DNA of 64,000 nt from NCBI RefSeq assembly GCF_964355755.1, contig NC_092676.1, positions 5,619,888 to 5,683,887 on the forward strand, in the 5' to 3' direction. Numbering within the stretch: position 1 is the stretch's first letter; each line of letters starts with the position of its first letter. Below the pieces are notes generated by a model. That model was not told the origin of the DNA and searched no databases. It worked only from the letters and a program-made list of their open reading frames with translations. Position numbers and translations under genes: made by a program. Shown here in pieces: positions 40,723 to 54,054 of the stretch. This DNA is from Antedon mediterranea. Taxonomy: Eukaryota; Animalia; Echinodermata.

Positions 40723-43700
40723 ACGCCGTGGCTAAAGATACAGTACCGTATCCATACTTCTAAAAAACTAAAGGTACGGGCGCTTCCGTTTGCTAAAGGT
40801 ACGTTAAAATTGCATTAAGTTAAACCCTTCATTTTTTCCAGGTCGTACGATTATGGTTACAGTTTGGCCGCTTTAACGTAGGTAATTAATTTATGCAAAA
40901 TTATTCATGACGTACTGATGTCGCTTGACGTTCACGCCTCGTTATCCTCTGCATCAAGATGCTCAGAACTGGTATACGTGAAGACACATAGTAAGACCTA
41001 ACAACCCGAACCATTGGAACTAGCATACGTGTATAATTGTATGTGTAAATGTATGCCCATGCATTCATGTACACGTATGGTAATTGTAAATGGTTCGTTG
41101 TTTTTCAGAAGGACTAACACATATGTTTAATTAGTATGCAAATTACAGGTGGATTGAGCTGATATATCGTATCTAAATCCCTTTCCCCAAAACACATTTG
41201 TGTAATGTTGTATCATGCGTAGATAGGATATACATTGTTTTAATGGTATGCTTGCATATATCCTTGCCTTATACCTATATATTTGTGCATGTGATATGTT
41301 AATGCTTTGTATACAAATGTATTCTATGATATTATTCCTTTACTAACATTATAGCGGATGATTGCAACGCCTTGATAATGTGGATGTACCTGGAGAAGCC
41401 TGTATAGTTGATAATTTTAATAATGTATGATTATTTGTAAAAATTGTATAAATTTCAAACTTTTGCATGCCATGATTTTATTTGTTGAATAAAGATATTC
41501 TGAACAAATTTGTGTGACTTTACTACTTTATTGAAAAACATTTTTTTTGTCTTTGTTTTTTTTTTTTTCGTTTTGTTTTTTTCTTTCTAACATTAATCGT
41601 AAATGTAGATTAGTTTTGTTCGCATGATACAACATGCCGTTGTACAATATCCCTATAATGTTGTACACTGGCTTCCATTATTTTTTCTACAGGTGGACTC
41701 GAAGGTAAGTAACTAACGCAGCAAGATACGAAGGCAAGGATTTTACCTCTTGGGTTAACCACCGGGCATCTCCATGGGTCTCAAATGTGCTTAGACTGTT
41801 AGGGTTGTGATATAGCTAAAAACAAACTCATGATTTAATTTTTTATTTTGTTTTCTTTGTTGCAACTGCTTCTGACAACGTTGAGAGAATGTAAACTGTC
41901 AAAACTGTTGGTGTCGTCTGCGACACAAACCTTTACCTTTCTATCCAGTTAGTGTCTTTGCACGTCAGCACATCATAGCATGACTGTCACTAACTTAAAA
42001 TAAAATTTCCATCGAATATGGTTATACAAGGTAGTTGTATAGGGCGGCTCTTTGAGTAACTGTATTTGATATAATATACCCGTAGGCCTAAAATAAATGA
42101 ATTTGAAAAATTGTAACGAATAATGTTTTAAATAAATATAGAACACATTAAACAAATACTGTGTTGAAGTAGGCTGCATAGGAGTCTATATAGGGAGGCT
42201 TCTTGTAGTCTTTTCAACATGTAAACAAATTGAGTTAATAATAATAATAATAAATAAAGCAAAATAACAACACGTTTACATACATACATACAGTTAGGTT
42301 AACATAGATCAAGACACCATCTTCCAGTTTGTCATTATGGCGGACAGTATTAGAAACATCGCGAGGTGTAGGCTAGGCTCACTCTTGTAAACTGTCTGCC
42401 AAATGTCATACTGGAAAACAACAAACAATAAATTATTCATTAGGCATCGTTATGTGACTTTGGTTAAATAACACATGCGAGTTCCACAGCCTAATGTACC
42501 ACGTCATTGTCAGTGAGTTATTCTAATCAGTGTACTTCTGTTACCCTGTGCCAAATAGCTCCGTACAAATGTCAGTGGTGATCTTTTGGTGTTAATGGTT
42601 GGTCTTTAGAGGTCTTGTTCCAATCTTTAAGCCAACGTCAATTTTAAACGCTCGAGCAACCCTCAAACGGGACTTGAGATTTTGGAAGTTTTTGGAACAA
42701 TGTTGTATCCGTTTTGTATTGTTTTATGTTGGCTTATATATGGCTGTGTAAACGCCAAAACATAAACGAGGTTTGTATGTATAATGGCCCTCCTTCTGAT
42801 TTCGATATCAACAGTTTATGTCGCCTGGAATAGGAGTGATACATAAGCGCTGAGAGGAGCGTTTGAAGTACTAACGATTACAAAAGTATATTAATAATCT
42901 ATAATGGTTTTCCCTGCATGCGGCTCCCTCTCGTACTCTCAGCAAATCCAAAATCTCTTTAGTGGTAAACTGGGTGTGTACAACTCACCTCGATCCCCTT
43001 ATCTTAATTCCTATAATCTGGTTTAGGCCAAGATATCTATTTTGTATTTTATAGTTTCAGGTCAATTTTTTTGGTTATAGCCTCGTAGTGTATTCAATGA
43101 TAATTCAACATGCATGCCCAAACGTTATCGAAGATAAGTATAATGAGTACAATATACTTTTTAAAAATGTTTAAATTGAATGACTGACCTTTACTCAGTC
43201 ATACACATAAAGGAACCTATATTTTAGTACCGATGGCCAATGTATCCAGAAACACACAGGAATGTATCATGTAATTTCTGTTTAGGCTTTAGCCCACTCT
43301 CACTCCTGGTTGTTATTCATTGGTGGCCAAATAAATATATTATTATTAGGTCTATATTGATACATATAACTTAATCAGATTTTCTACGAGTCGGACCTCG
43401 CATTACTACCTACCCTTGCCTTACCTGGTCATTCTAAATATTTCAGCTTGCATAATGTGTAATAAAAGAATCAAATTTCCATCCAATTTCCATTATTATA
43501 AAAAGTTGGAAATGTTTTTTGAATATTAATACGGTTTATTTTAAATACTAAACAATGAATTTATGACTTCTGTGACGTTGGGGTTTTCTTTTTAAATAAC
43601 AAATAACTTTCAATATTTATAACAACTAAAATTCATCTCATTTTCACCCGTGAGAGTTGAGTTTGAACTATTTTGTATTGTGGCGGAGTGATTTGTGGAA

Positions 43701-44980
43701 TTGTAGGCCTACTGTGTTAGAGGAGTGATACGGATTTCATAATATCATTGTGACGTATTCACACTTTGTTTTCAGCATCCTGGACTTTGAAGACCTTTGA
43801 ACTCAGCCTTACCAACGTCTGCTGCGGACTTATTATGTTAACACACTTTTTTAACAATAACTTAAAAGTAAAAACCTCAATTATCAGAAGTCAACTAAAT
43901 TGCCAAATAAGATTTATGCAGAATAGTTTACTAATGAAATTTTACTTATTGATTGACAAATATTTGTATAACTACGATATTCCATCACGTTGCAAGCTAA
44001 GAGTATCTAGAAATGGCCAAAGCAAAAATGTGTACTAGTACACACATAACAACTGTCACTGTCCACACACATTGGGCACTGTGGGGGAACAATAGTTTAC
44101 TGAAAGGCTTCCAGTATAAAGATTTTTTTTTTTAATGCTTACATAATTAATGAATGACTGTATGCCTTGTTAACCTTCTCTTTGTGAAAAAATATCAATT
44201 TTGCTTCCTAGATGATGCAGAAGAAATTGGACATATATAACCCTGAAAAAAAAAACAATATGTTAAGTTTATACAACATGTTTTTATTTTTGCAATGTCA
44301 TTGAGTATAGACTTGCCATTAAAATACAAGGAAAGAGCGGAAATACTAAAAGGTAATTACTGTATAGTATAAATAATTTATTGAAAATTAAGTCTATTTT
44401 GCTGGATTTTAAGCTTTTACTTGTAATCTTAACGTAACATGTAATCTTTTAGGAAACCGACAACTGATCGATGTTTGTAGTGATGTGATACTGGCTGTAG
44501 ACTTCCAGCGCTTCACCAAACAACTTTTACATGTATGACGACTAAACTACAGTAACGTAATCGTGCTAGATGACAACGAAGAAAAACAAAGACGGTATCC
44601 TTCAGAGAACGGTAAAGATCTTTTTATTTCACATATATTTCAAAAACAATTTGCTATTTCTGTTAAGAATGCTTTTATTTTGCAATGCTTAAACATAAAT
44701 TATCTTTCAGAAAACAACTGATCGATTCTTGTGATTGTAGGCCCTCTTACATGTAGGTTACCAGTCGACGTTTTACAAACAGCTTTTATATGTATGAAGT
44801 CTACTAATACAGCGAAGATGACAATCAAGAACTTGAATGTAGTGTCTGTACTTCTATCTCTCAGTGCGTATCCCTTTATGCATTTTCCAAGTAATTTCGT
44901 TCAGTTTCTGATATTTATAATGTTCATGCATTGAAAACATTGCTTTATATTTAATTATTACTAAAACATTTTATTTTCAG

Positions 44981-47686
44981 GTCATAAGCAGACGATGTTA
45001 GAAACTATTGGGAGAATGTTATTGGTGGATTTGATTCTTCATGAACTTTACCAGCCGATATTACTTACAGTCTGTTGAAGAATGTGATTGGTGGTTTGGA
45101 TTCTGCAGATAAACTTGAGCAGACGATTTTATAAACTGTGGCGAGAATATAATTGGTGGTTTGGTTTCTGCAGATAAACTTGAGCAGGCGATATTATAAA
45201 CTGTTGGAGAATATTGGTGGTTTGGATTCTGCAGATAAACTTGAACAGACGTTGTTAGAAACTTTTGTAGAATGTGATTGGTGGTTTGGTTTATGAACTT
45301 AAGCAGACGACAAAAACTGTCGAAAAATGCGATTGGTAGTTTCTTTTTCTGCAGGTGAATTTAAGCACACGATTCGATTCTGTATGACAGACTGACGTCA
45401 CCAAAGTTGTATTTTAAATATGATCCGAATGAATACATAGTGTACGCCCTCTGTCCTTCTTTTTGCCAGTGTATTTAAATCAGTTTCTTGGTGTTTAATT
45501 GAATATTCATAAGGTTATGCAATAGTAAAACCATTTTCTACTATTTAATTTTCAGGTTATATGATTATCAACGATGGGGAATATGTGATTGGTGGTTTGG
45601 TTTCTGCAAATTAACTTGAGAAGTCGGTATTTGAAACCTTTGAAGAATATGATTGGTGGTTTGGTTTCTGCAGATAAACTTAAGCAAACGATATTATAAA
45701 CTTTTGAAGAATGTGATTGGTAGTTTGGATTCTGCAGATGAACTTGAGCAGACAATATTATAAACTTTTGTAGAATGTGATTGGTGGTTTGGTTTATGAA
45801 CTTGAGCAGACGACATTAAAAACTGTTGAAAAATGCGATTGGTGGTTTGTTTTTCTGCAGGTGAATTTAAGCACACGATTAGATCGATGAACTTGAGTAG
45901 ACAATATTATAAACCTTTGAAGAATGTGATTGGTGGTTTGGATTCTGCAGATAAACTTGAGCAGACGTTGTTAGAAACTTTGGAAGAATGTGATGGGTGG
46001 TTTGGATTCTGAAGATAAACTTGAACAGACGATATTATAAACTTTTGAAGAATGCGATGGGTGGGTTGGTTTCTGCAGATGAACTTGAGCAGACGATATT
46101 ATAAACTGTTGAAGAATGTGATTTGGTTTCTGCAGATGAACTTGAGCAGACAATATTAGAAGCAATGGACGTGATTGGTATATTTTTCTGTGGATGGAAC
46201 ATTATTGACGAATTGTACATACAATTATTAATATGATTATGATTACAATGATTAAACCGAATAAGACGAGTGCGATTGTAAGGGGAATTTTAAATTGGTG
46301 GGTTGGTTTCTGCAGATAAACTTGAGCAGACGATATTATACACTTTTGAAGAATGCGATTGGTAGGTTGGTTTCTGCAGATGAACTTGAGCAGACGATAT
46401 TATAAACTGTTGAAGAATGTGATTTGGTTTCTGCAGATGAACTTGAGCAGACAATATTAGAAGCAATGGACGTGATTGGTATATTTTTCTGTGGATGGAA
46501 CATTATTGACGAATTGTACATACAATTAATATGATTATGATTACAATGATTAAACCGAATAAGACGAGTGCGATTGTAAAGGGAATTTTAAATTGGTGGG
46601 TTGGTTTCTGCAGATAAACTTGAACAGACGATATTATAAACTTTTGAAGAATGCGATGGGTGGGTTGGTTTCTGCAGATGAACTTGAGCAGACGATATTA
46701 TAAACTGTTGAAGAATGTGATTTGGTTTCTGCAGATGAACTTGAGCAGACAATATTAGAAGCAATGGACGTGATTGGTATATTTTTCTGTGGATGGAACA
46801 TTATTGACGAATTGTACATACAATTATTAATATGATTATGATTACAATGATTAAACCGAATAAGACGAGTGCGATTGTAAGGGGAATTTTAAATTGGTGG
46901 GTTGGTTTCTGCAGATAAACTTGAGCAGACGATATTATACACTTTTGAAGAATGCGATTGGTAGGTTGGTTTCTGCAGATGAACTTGAGCAGACGATATT
47001 ATAAACTGTTGAAGAATGTGATTTGGTTTCTGCAGATGAACTTGAGCAGACAATATTAGAAGCAATGGACGTGATTGGTATATTTTTCTGTGGATGGAAC
47101 ATTATTGACGAATTGTACACATACAATTATTAATATGATTATGATTACAATGATTAAACCGAATAAGACGAGTGCGATTGTAAAGGGAATTTTAAATTGG
47201 TGGGTTGGTTTCTGCAGATAAACTTGAGCAGACGATATTATACACTTTTGAAGAATGCGATTGGTGGGTTGGTTTCTGCAGATGAACTTGAGCAGACGAT
47301 ATTATAAACTGTTGAAGAATGTGATTGGAGATTTGGTTTCTGCAGATGAACTTGAGCAGACAATATTAGAAGCAATGGACGTGATTGGTATATTTTTCTG
47401 TGGATGGAACATTATTGACGAATTGTACATACAATTATTAATATGATTATGATTACAATGATTATACCGAATAAGACGAGTGCGATTGTAAGGGGAATTT
47501 TAAATTGGTGGGTTGGTTTCTGCAGATGAACTTGAGCAGACAATATTAGAAGCAATGTACGTGATTGGTATATTTTTCTGTGGATGGAACATTATTGACG
47601 AATTGTACATACAATTATTAATATGATTATGATTACAATGATTAAACTGAATAAGACGAGTGCGATTGTAAGGGGAATTTTAAACT
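44981..47686. repeat. Hierarchical tandem repeat: 64-bp unit nested in ~300-bp higher-order units
   Basis: Unit GAAGAATGTGATTGGTGGTTTGGTTTCTGCAGATAAACTTGAGCAGACGATATTATAAACTGTT; marker AAGCAATG(G/T)AC at ~46160, 46461, 46759, 47060, 47369 and 47549. Confidence 0.92.
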
Positions 47687-50229
47687 ACTTTTATGTTATG
47701 CCTTAAACAAAATTTGCCATCAACTGAAATTATAATTGGAATATTTGATTGATAATATAGAATTTATTGGTATAAGTGAAATATTTTAAATAATATTAAA
47801 TTGATTTATGATTGATCCCGTTCAAATTAAAATTTGTATTAAATAATATGAATTATATGATATATATATACGTTAGGCATGGATAATAGTTTTAAATCAA
47901 TTATTTCAATATGTCCTTTTTCGATTGATATAAATAAATAATTTATGATTGATCCAAATTTAACAGACTCGTACAACTCATTCATTCATTCTTTTTCTTT
48001 ATTCAATTTTTATTTCAACTACTTTCTTTAAACATCTTTGCATTCATCTTTACCATTTACCAAAAGTGTAAACGGTATGTTTTTTGTTAATTAAGTGCGC
48101 TTAGGATTTAGTCTCAGCGACGTAGATTAAGTTTTTTTAGCTTAGTTAGGTGTATGTACCGTTTACACGAATCATCTAACCATTACTCATCCTGTAACAA
48201 CTTTCTATATTAACTCTCTATATCTTCTATATTAACAGACGAGTCGCAAACTTTGTTTTGGAAATACCTGGTAACAAAATTCGGATGGGACCTCCAGCCA
48301 AATTTTAATTGGCATAAACATGAAAACACAATTGATAATTTTAATTGTTTTAATAAGTTTTCATAATCATAATTGTAAATCCGAATGTAATTTTTCCACC
48401 AATTAATGCTAAATTAAACTTTAAATTGATTTAAATCTTCAAAAATTCTGATTTTTACTCTAAATTCGGTTGAGTAAAACTTGACCCAAATTGGTTTCAA
48501 AATTGGGTCAATATCGTTCGTTCGCTTCAAACAATCCTGATTGGTTTATTTTTGTTCGCAGACTATTTCTAAAAATAATTAAATATACCTTTGTTTTTGT
48601 TTTATTTATATTTCGAATAAATAAATGAATGAGGCATGACGTATAGTGTATAACACTCAGTAGGGTTCATATGCATAAAGGTTTAATCAAAGTTATCAAA
48701 TCATATTGTATTTTATTTATCTATGAATTTTATTTATCAATTATATTAATGAATATTATATTTGTAAATACGACCCGTACCTATAATCGATAGGAAGCAA
48801 TTCCCTGAATATTAATTTGTTGTATAAATATTATTCAGCCTAAAACATGTATTGTATATATAAACATTATTTTTAAATATTTTGTACCCTATTGATTAAT
48901 GCCTGATTAGTTATAATTATTATACGATTATATAATGATGTAATAATTGATCAATTTAATTATCATAAAAAACAATTAATTTATATTTTTTATTGTTTTA
49001 TGTATGATTCACGAATCAATGTTTTAGTTATATATTATCTTTGTAAATATCGTATTTATATATTTAAAACAATTAATCTACGAAAACTAGTTGATTTTTC
49101 TCGAATTAATGTAATTTTAATTATAAAATAAATTACTGGATGCGCTGTATTCAAAATATTGAAAATATTATCTATTGTAAATATCAAACGTATGATAAAT
49201 GTTAATTATAAAAACAATTAATTAATATTTTATTATCTTTGATTGTAGTCAGTACTGTACGAATATTGAAAATAATAAATTTGAAAATATCAAACATGAT
49301 AAAACATATATCAATGATGTTTATTTCTTATCTGAATTTTAATGACTGAAGTATAATCGTTAATATCCTATGAATAATTTATTTAATTTATTTATTCAAC
49401 TTGGTTTTACAAGGGTAGGTACAAGCTTTACTACGGCAGTACAAAGATATAAAACGACATTAAAAATTCCTACATTTGAAATATGTTAAAATTCATGTAA
49501 AAGTACACCAGATATTGCTTATATTATTGGTTATATTTGAGATATTTAACTTGGTTTTAAAATCAGAATAAGATATATTGTATTTAAAGAGGAGAGAATT
49601 AGAAAGGAAGTGACACTGTAATAAAAATACATTTTAATACGAATATCATTGTACCGGTAATGTAATACGTAATTCCATATTTGATCATTTTACAAAATAA
49701 AGTGTTGTATTGTTGAATGTGTTTATTTTATGTCCCCTTTTCCAAATATTGTGGTGATTACGAAACAATTGTTGTATTTGTTTTCGTCCAGTATTGTTTG
49801 CGGTGACAATTGTCGTGACTGAAATTTCTCAATTTCTCTTCCAATCCATTAAAATTAAATTAATTATTAGTTATCGGTTATTTACACTAAAGTTATTAAT
49901 AATGTGTATGTGTGATTTACTTAAGATTTGTATGCTTTCTCTCTGGTTTTTTTTTCTGCGACCATTTATATAGACCAAATTTACGTTTGATACTGATATA
50001 TGCATTATGTCTAGTTTTATTTCTGGTTATTCCATCAATTGTTTGGTAGTCGCTACTGAGTAATGGGCCATAAACCTTCAAGATTGGGAAACTTTACTGT
50101 AAAAAAACGGTTTACTCTTTTTTTTAGAAATCTGTGTCTTGGCTGTTTTGTTCTACTTGGAAAACATTACGTAGCGTGTAATATTTAGTCATCGAAACTC
50201 ACTTAATGTTTTTATTTTCCGTTCATAAA

Positions 50230-50444
50230 ACCCACAATATTACGTCATTGCATAACAGTAATGGGTTGGGCTGTTCAAATTGTCAAACCACAATAATGAT
50301 TACGCCACCATTAGTCACGTCACGGTTGAACGAACTCCCTAAGTTTTAGGATAAGATCTCACTCGCGCCAGTTCTAACTTTATTTCAAAACTGTTCGGAG
50401 TTACTTGAAAGATTATAAAACAAACAAACTTGGCCCTGGTAAGT
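50230..50444 (+). promoter_or_regulatory. Candidate promoter and non-coding first exon (~50370-50438) of a gene continuing rightwards
   Basis: TTACGTCA and CACGTCA motifs, a local CpG rise, Inr-like CCAGTT, and a consensus donor CTG|GTAAGT at 50438/50439. Confidence 0.35.
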
Positions 50445-51150
50445 AGTGTTTTTATTAATTATTATCCTATAGGTTTATGTTAGGGTTATAACAAACATAA
50501 TTTTGTCAACCGTTTGACTTCAGGGAAGTCTTTTAAAGACTTTATTGTTTGGTCTCGGTGCTAGCGTCAAAGCTCGCGGTGTAGGCTTAGAATCGGAAGA
50601 ATCGGTGAATCATCGCCTGGTACGTTAGCTCGAGTGCTATTGTATCCCGGTATTATGATTTTATAACGGTGGTTGTATACATACTTTGATATACCTTTTT
50701 TAGGTTAATTGCAATTAAACACATTTCTATAAATATTCGAAATAGAATTGTCTATTATATTAAACATAATTTAAATATACTTGTTTTATAGTTTAAGATT
50801 TCTAATAAGATAAAACGTCTATTTCTATTCTAGAGAGCAGGCGACATTAAATGGAAAAAAATTTATAATTTTTAGGGAACACCTTTTTTCCCATAAGTGA
50901 ATCTTGTTTTCTATTCATTATGATGTTAATTTAACTTTTAATTAAAGTTACAGTAACTTTGTTACAAAAAAAACAAAAACATTTTAATCACTATATGTTA
51001 ATTAAAACATTATTTAATAATCATTGCATATGTATTTTTGTTATTGTTTAAGCCTTACTTTAATACTTTATTTTAATAAAACAAAATTATTGATAAATTA
51101 ATCATATTCAATATTAATAAAATAAAAGGAATAGTTTAACCATGCCTCCT

Positions 51151-51326
51151 CAGGGAAAATTTTCATTTAAAAATTTTGTTTAGCAATATTGCTAATCAAA
51201 CTGATTTTTAAGTCGAGAAACATAGTTTTGTATTGTTTTTTTTGCTACACAATTTTCAAAATGTGTAGCAATAAGGTTGTTTTGTATAGCTTTTTGCTAT
51301 GCTACACTGGCGAAAATGTTCCCTGC
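51151..51326. mobile_element. CAGGG..CCCTG MITE with a 5-bp TSD (hAT5-like)
   Basis: CTCCT|CAGGGAAAATTTTC...GAAAATGTTCCCTG|CTCCT; inverted copy at 55436-55617. Confidence 0.75.
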
Positions 51327-51370
51327 TCCTGAACTATAATATAATAATCAATGAAAATACTGTTAAATGT

Positions 51371-51498
51371 TTTCTGCCTACCCTATCAAACTTTTTTGCC
51401 AAATTTTGGTAGTGATATCATATGCTCAAATACGGTGGTGAAATGACATCATCGTGTCCATATATGGGCACATAACATTTGATAGTGTAAATAGAGCT
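51371..51498. mobile_element. MITE, AGCTCTGTCTACACTATCAAA family (decayed)
   Basis: Homologous to the 14832 copy; right end TTTGATAGTGTAAATAGAGCT. Confidence 0.65.
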
Positions 51499-51739
51499 TT
51501 TATGTAGTTTCTGAAATGTCTTTCATTTTTTAATAAGGTTACTAATATGGAATTCTGATACTTATTATTGTAATGACAGTCTACAGTAGAACATGTGAGT
51601 CATAGACAAATTAAGTTTATAACCAGGATGGAAATGTCCGCAGTCAGCGCTAACAACTTGAATCATTGTTTTAAATTATAATATTATAATAGAACAAACA
51701 TTTAATTTGGTGTACTGCTACTAAGAATTCTGTATTTAA

Positions 51740-52069
51740 AGATGTATTATCCCCAAAAAACATGAAAAATAAAGATTAAATCAGATATTGAAGTATGCCA
51801 TTTTGTAGTTCTACAGTAACAAATTAAGTTAATCACTTCAGTAGAAAAAAAAACTCTGAAAAAAATAATGTTTTCACTTATAAAATGACAAAATAAACAG
51901 ATAGATTCAACCAAAAACCCATTGGCTGACATCCAATTTGACTAGTTTGTGCTTTAAATTACAGTTTTAGGTAAATTTTTGTTTTTCCGATTCAATTTTT
52001 GGTCAAAGTGAATAACTATTACGTTAAAATGGCATATTGAAAAAAAAATTTAAAACGGACAATACATCT
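51740..52069. mobile_element. Kolobok-like MITE (AGATGTATTGTCCCC family)
   Basis: TTAA|AGATGTATTATCCCC...GGACAATACATCT followed by T and TTAA. Confidence 0.8.
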
Positions 52070-52578
52070 TTTAACTTAATATGTACAGTACTGTACTTAT
52101 GCAGCAATTACTCAGAAGATAAATATAAGGTTTCTTAATCTTTTATGTAATTATTAGATAAATAATCATGATCTCTTCCTGTTGGATGGTCAGAGGAGTT
52201 GTTGTAATCTAGAACTTCTTCAAAAAACCTTACAATACAGTACGTTTATGAATCTTTTGTATAGTTTTAGTGATGAGTTTATTAAGAGGATACAGTAAAA
52301 AAAAAAATTTAATTAAAAAAATTAATATTGTCATATACAGTATAGAGTTGTCTTGGGTGGGTGTTTGACTTTTAGGTTACATAGCCTTCCACCCAATATA
52401 ATAAAAGTCTTTCATTATTACCATATTTGGAAGGTTTTGTATGTAAGTAATCAAGTCTTAACACCCACGTTTGCCCAGCCCAATTACAGTATCTACAATA
52501 GCACTGTACAGTTATTCTTTGAAGGTTTGCCTGATTTTCTAGAAAGATGGTTTTAACAGCTGAAAACTAAATTCTTAA

Positions 52579-53204
52579 AGACCCCTTCCCTGCAATTTTG
52601 GACGTTTTTTGGAAAATAATACATATATATCACTTTAAAAACATTAAACCATGTCATTCCTTGTCTTAAATGTACGTTTTATGGTAAATTATGATAAAAA
52701 GTGAGAAACAATGCACTACCTAAGTAGCTCGCGGCGATCGACATCTCGTGGACGGTCTCAGGCCTAGCCTAGCTAGGCTTAGTTTTGTAGGCCTAGCTGG
52801 TAAACATCGGTAACGTACGAACATCGTACGCTAGCTATATACCTAGCCTGACGTTGTATAGTTGCTACATTAATTGTCTTTCTATTTTTGCCAGACTCCG
52901 TTGATACAAATTGGGGAAAACCCGGTATTTTCGCTGAAAAGTTAGGAGTCTTCCATTTGTTTTGGCTTCACGATCGATCGAAAAGTGGGCGAATTACAGG
53001 TGAAAAACAACAATATCAATCCGCGCGCAATGCATTTTGGGATTTATAGCGGGCCGCTATAATTATTAAAATCGATTTATTTTTCACATTTTTAACCGTT
53101 TAAAGACGAAAAAAGTTATCGCAATAGGACCATATAGTATTATTTTTACATTAAATATAGTTTGTGATCTTAAATTAGATCTAAAAAACGTAGGGAATGG
53201 GGCT
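52579..53204. mobile_element. Non-autonomous Kolobok-like element, second family
   Basis: TTAA|AGACCCCTTCCCT...AGGGAATGGGGCT|TTAA. Confidence 0.75.
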
Positions 53205-53285
53205 TTAACCATATTGTACATAATTTATATGTACTGTATACCTTTGTAACTTTTCAATTTGATATGACAGTACAGTAATAATAAC

Positions 53286-53318
53286 CATAGAGATATTATA
53301 TACTATAATATCTCTATG
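53286..53318. mobile_element. 33-bp palindromic insertion with a 7-bp TSD (P-element-like footprint or minimal MITE)
   Basis: TAATAAC|CATAGAGATATTATA-TAC-TATAATATCTCTATG|TAATAAC. Confidence 0.65.
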
Positions 53319-53880
53319 TAATAACACAATGATGTCATTTCACTACCATATTTGGGCACATCACAGTTTTTTTGTCGAACTAGTTTGATAGTGTAGACAG
53401 AGCTTACAGTCACTGTCAAACTTTAGTTTGATAGTGACTTCTTAAATGTCAAACTTGATGTTAAAAGAGCATTCATAATATTTGGCACACACTGTGTCTG
53501 TTAACGTACGATGACTCATTTGTCTATTAGCGTACGTAATTACCGCTTTTATGACTATCACTTGAATAAAATAGGTCAATAAACGAAGAAATTAAAAATC
53601 AATGTTCTTTTGATATTAAAATGTTATTGAAAATCAATTTCTTGGGCTAATTGCTGTCAAGAAGACAATTAAATTTAGTTTCTGTGTATTTATAGTTTAG
53701 TTTTGTTTAATCGAAGCATGTCATACTTAGTTTTGAGTGCCGAGAAAAGCGGCTTAAACTTAATGATTGAATACAGTGTCGGTGAGTTTAAATGATTGTC
53801 GGAAATTTGTGATCTAAAGTTTACAGTAGACTGGTGAGAGGTTTGAATTTAATTTAGCTGAAATTTTTAATTAGAGCTTA

Positions 53881-54054
53881 TGCCTTGGTTCCTACTAGAA
53901 ATGCAACGCAAGGATGTAGATGTAAAGTACATGTAAGCAAGTTGACCAATGACAACCGACAGTTCAAATAATCTACCACCTCTGATTGGTCAAATCACTT
54001 TACTGTACTGTATGTTACATGCTTAGTGTTGCTTCTCTAGTGGAAATCCAGCTT
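53881..54054. mobile_element. Decayed relative of the 24.7-27 kb Harbinger-like MITE family
   Basis: CTTGGTTCCTACTAGAAATGCAACGCAAGGA...CTAGTGGAAATCCAGCT. Confidence 0.65.

Noticed and set aside
43766-44038. ORF containing VCCG as a second tetraspanin fragment
   Set aside because: It lacks the preceding Q, the DW and PxSCC motifs and any TM exons nearby.
44595-44880. GTATCCTTC / GTATCCCTTT as U12-type donors
   Set aside because: No TCCTTAAC-like branch site precedes the next acceptors, and ordinary donors lie a few bases downstream.
45990-47686. Repeat-plus-linker array as CRISPR-like or coding
   Set aside because: The linkers are identical copies rather than unique spacers; 64 is not a multiple of 3 and the frames contain recurring stops.
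48600-49700. Extremely AT-rich stretch as an organellar insertion
   Set aside because: No recognisable mitochondrial gene, rRNA or tRNA sequence.
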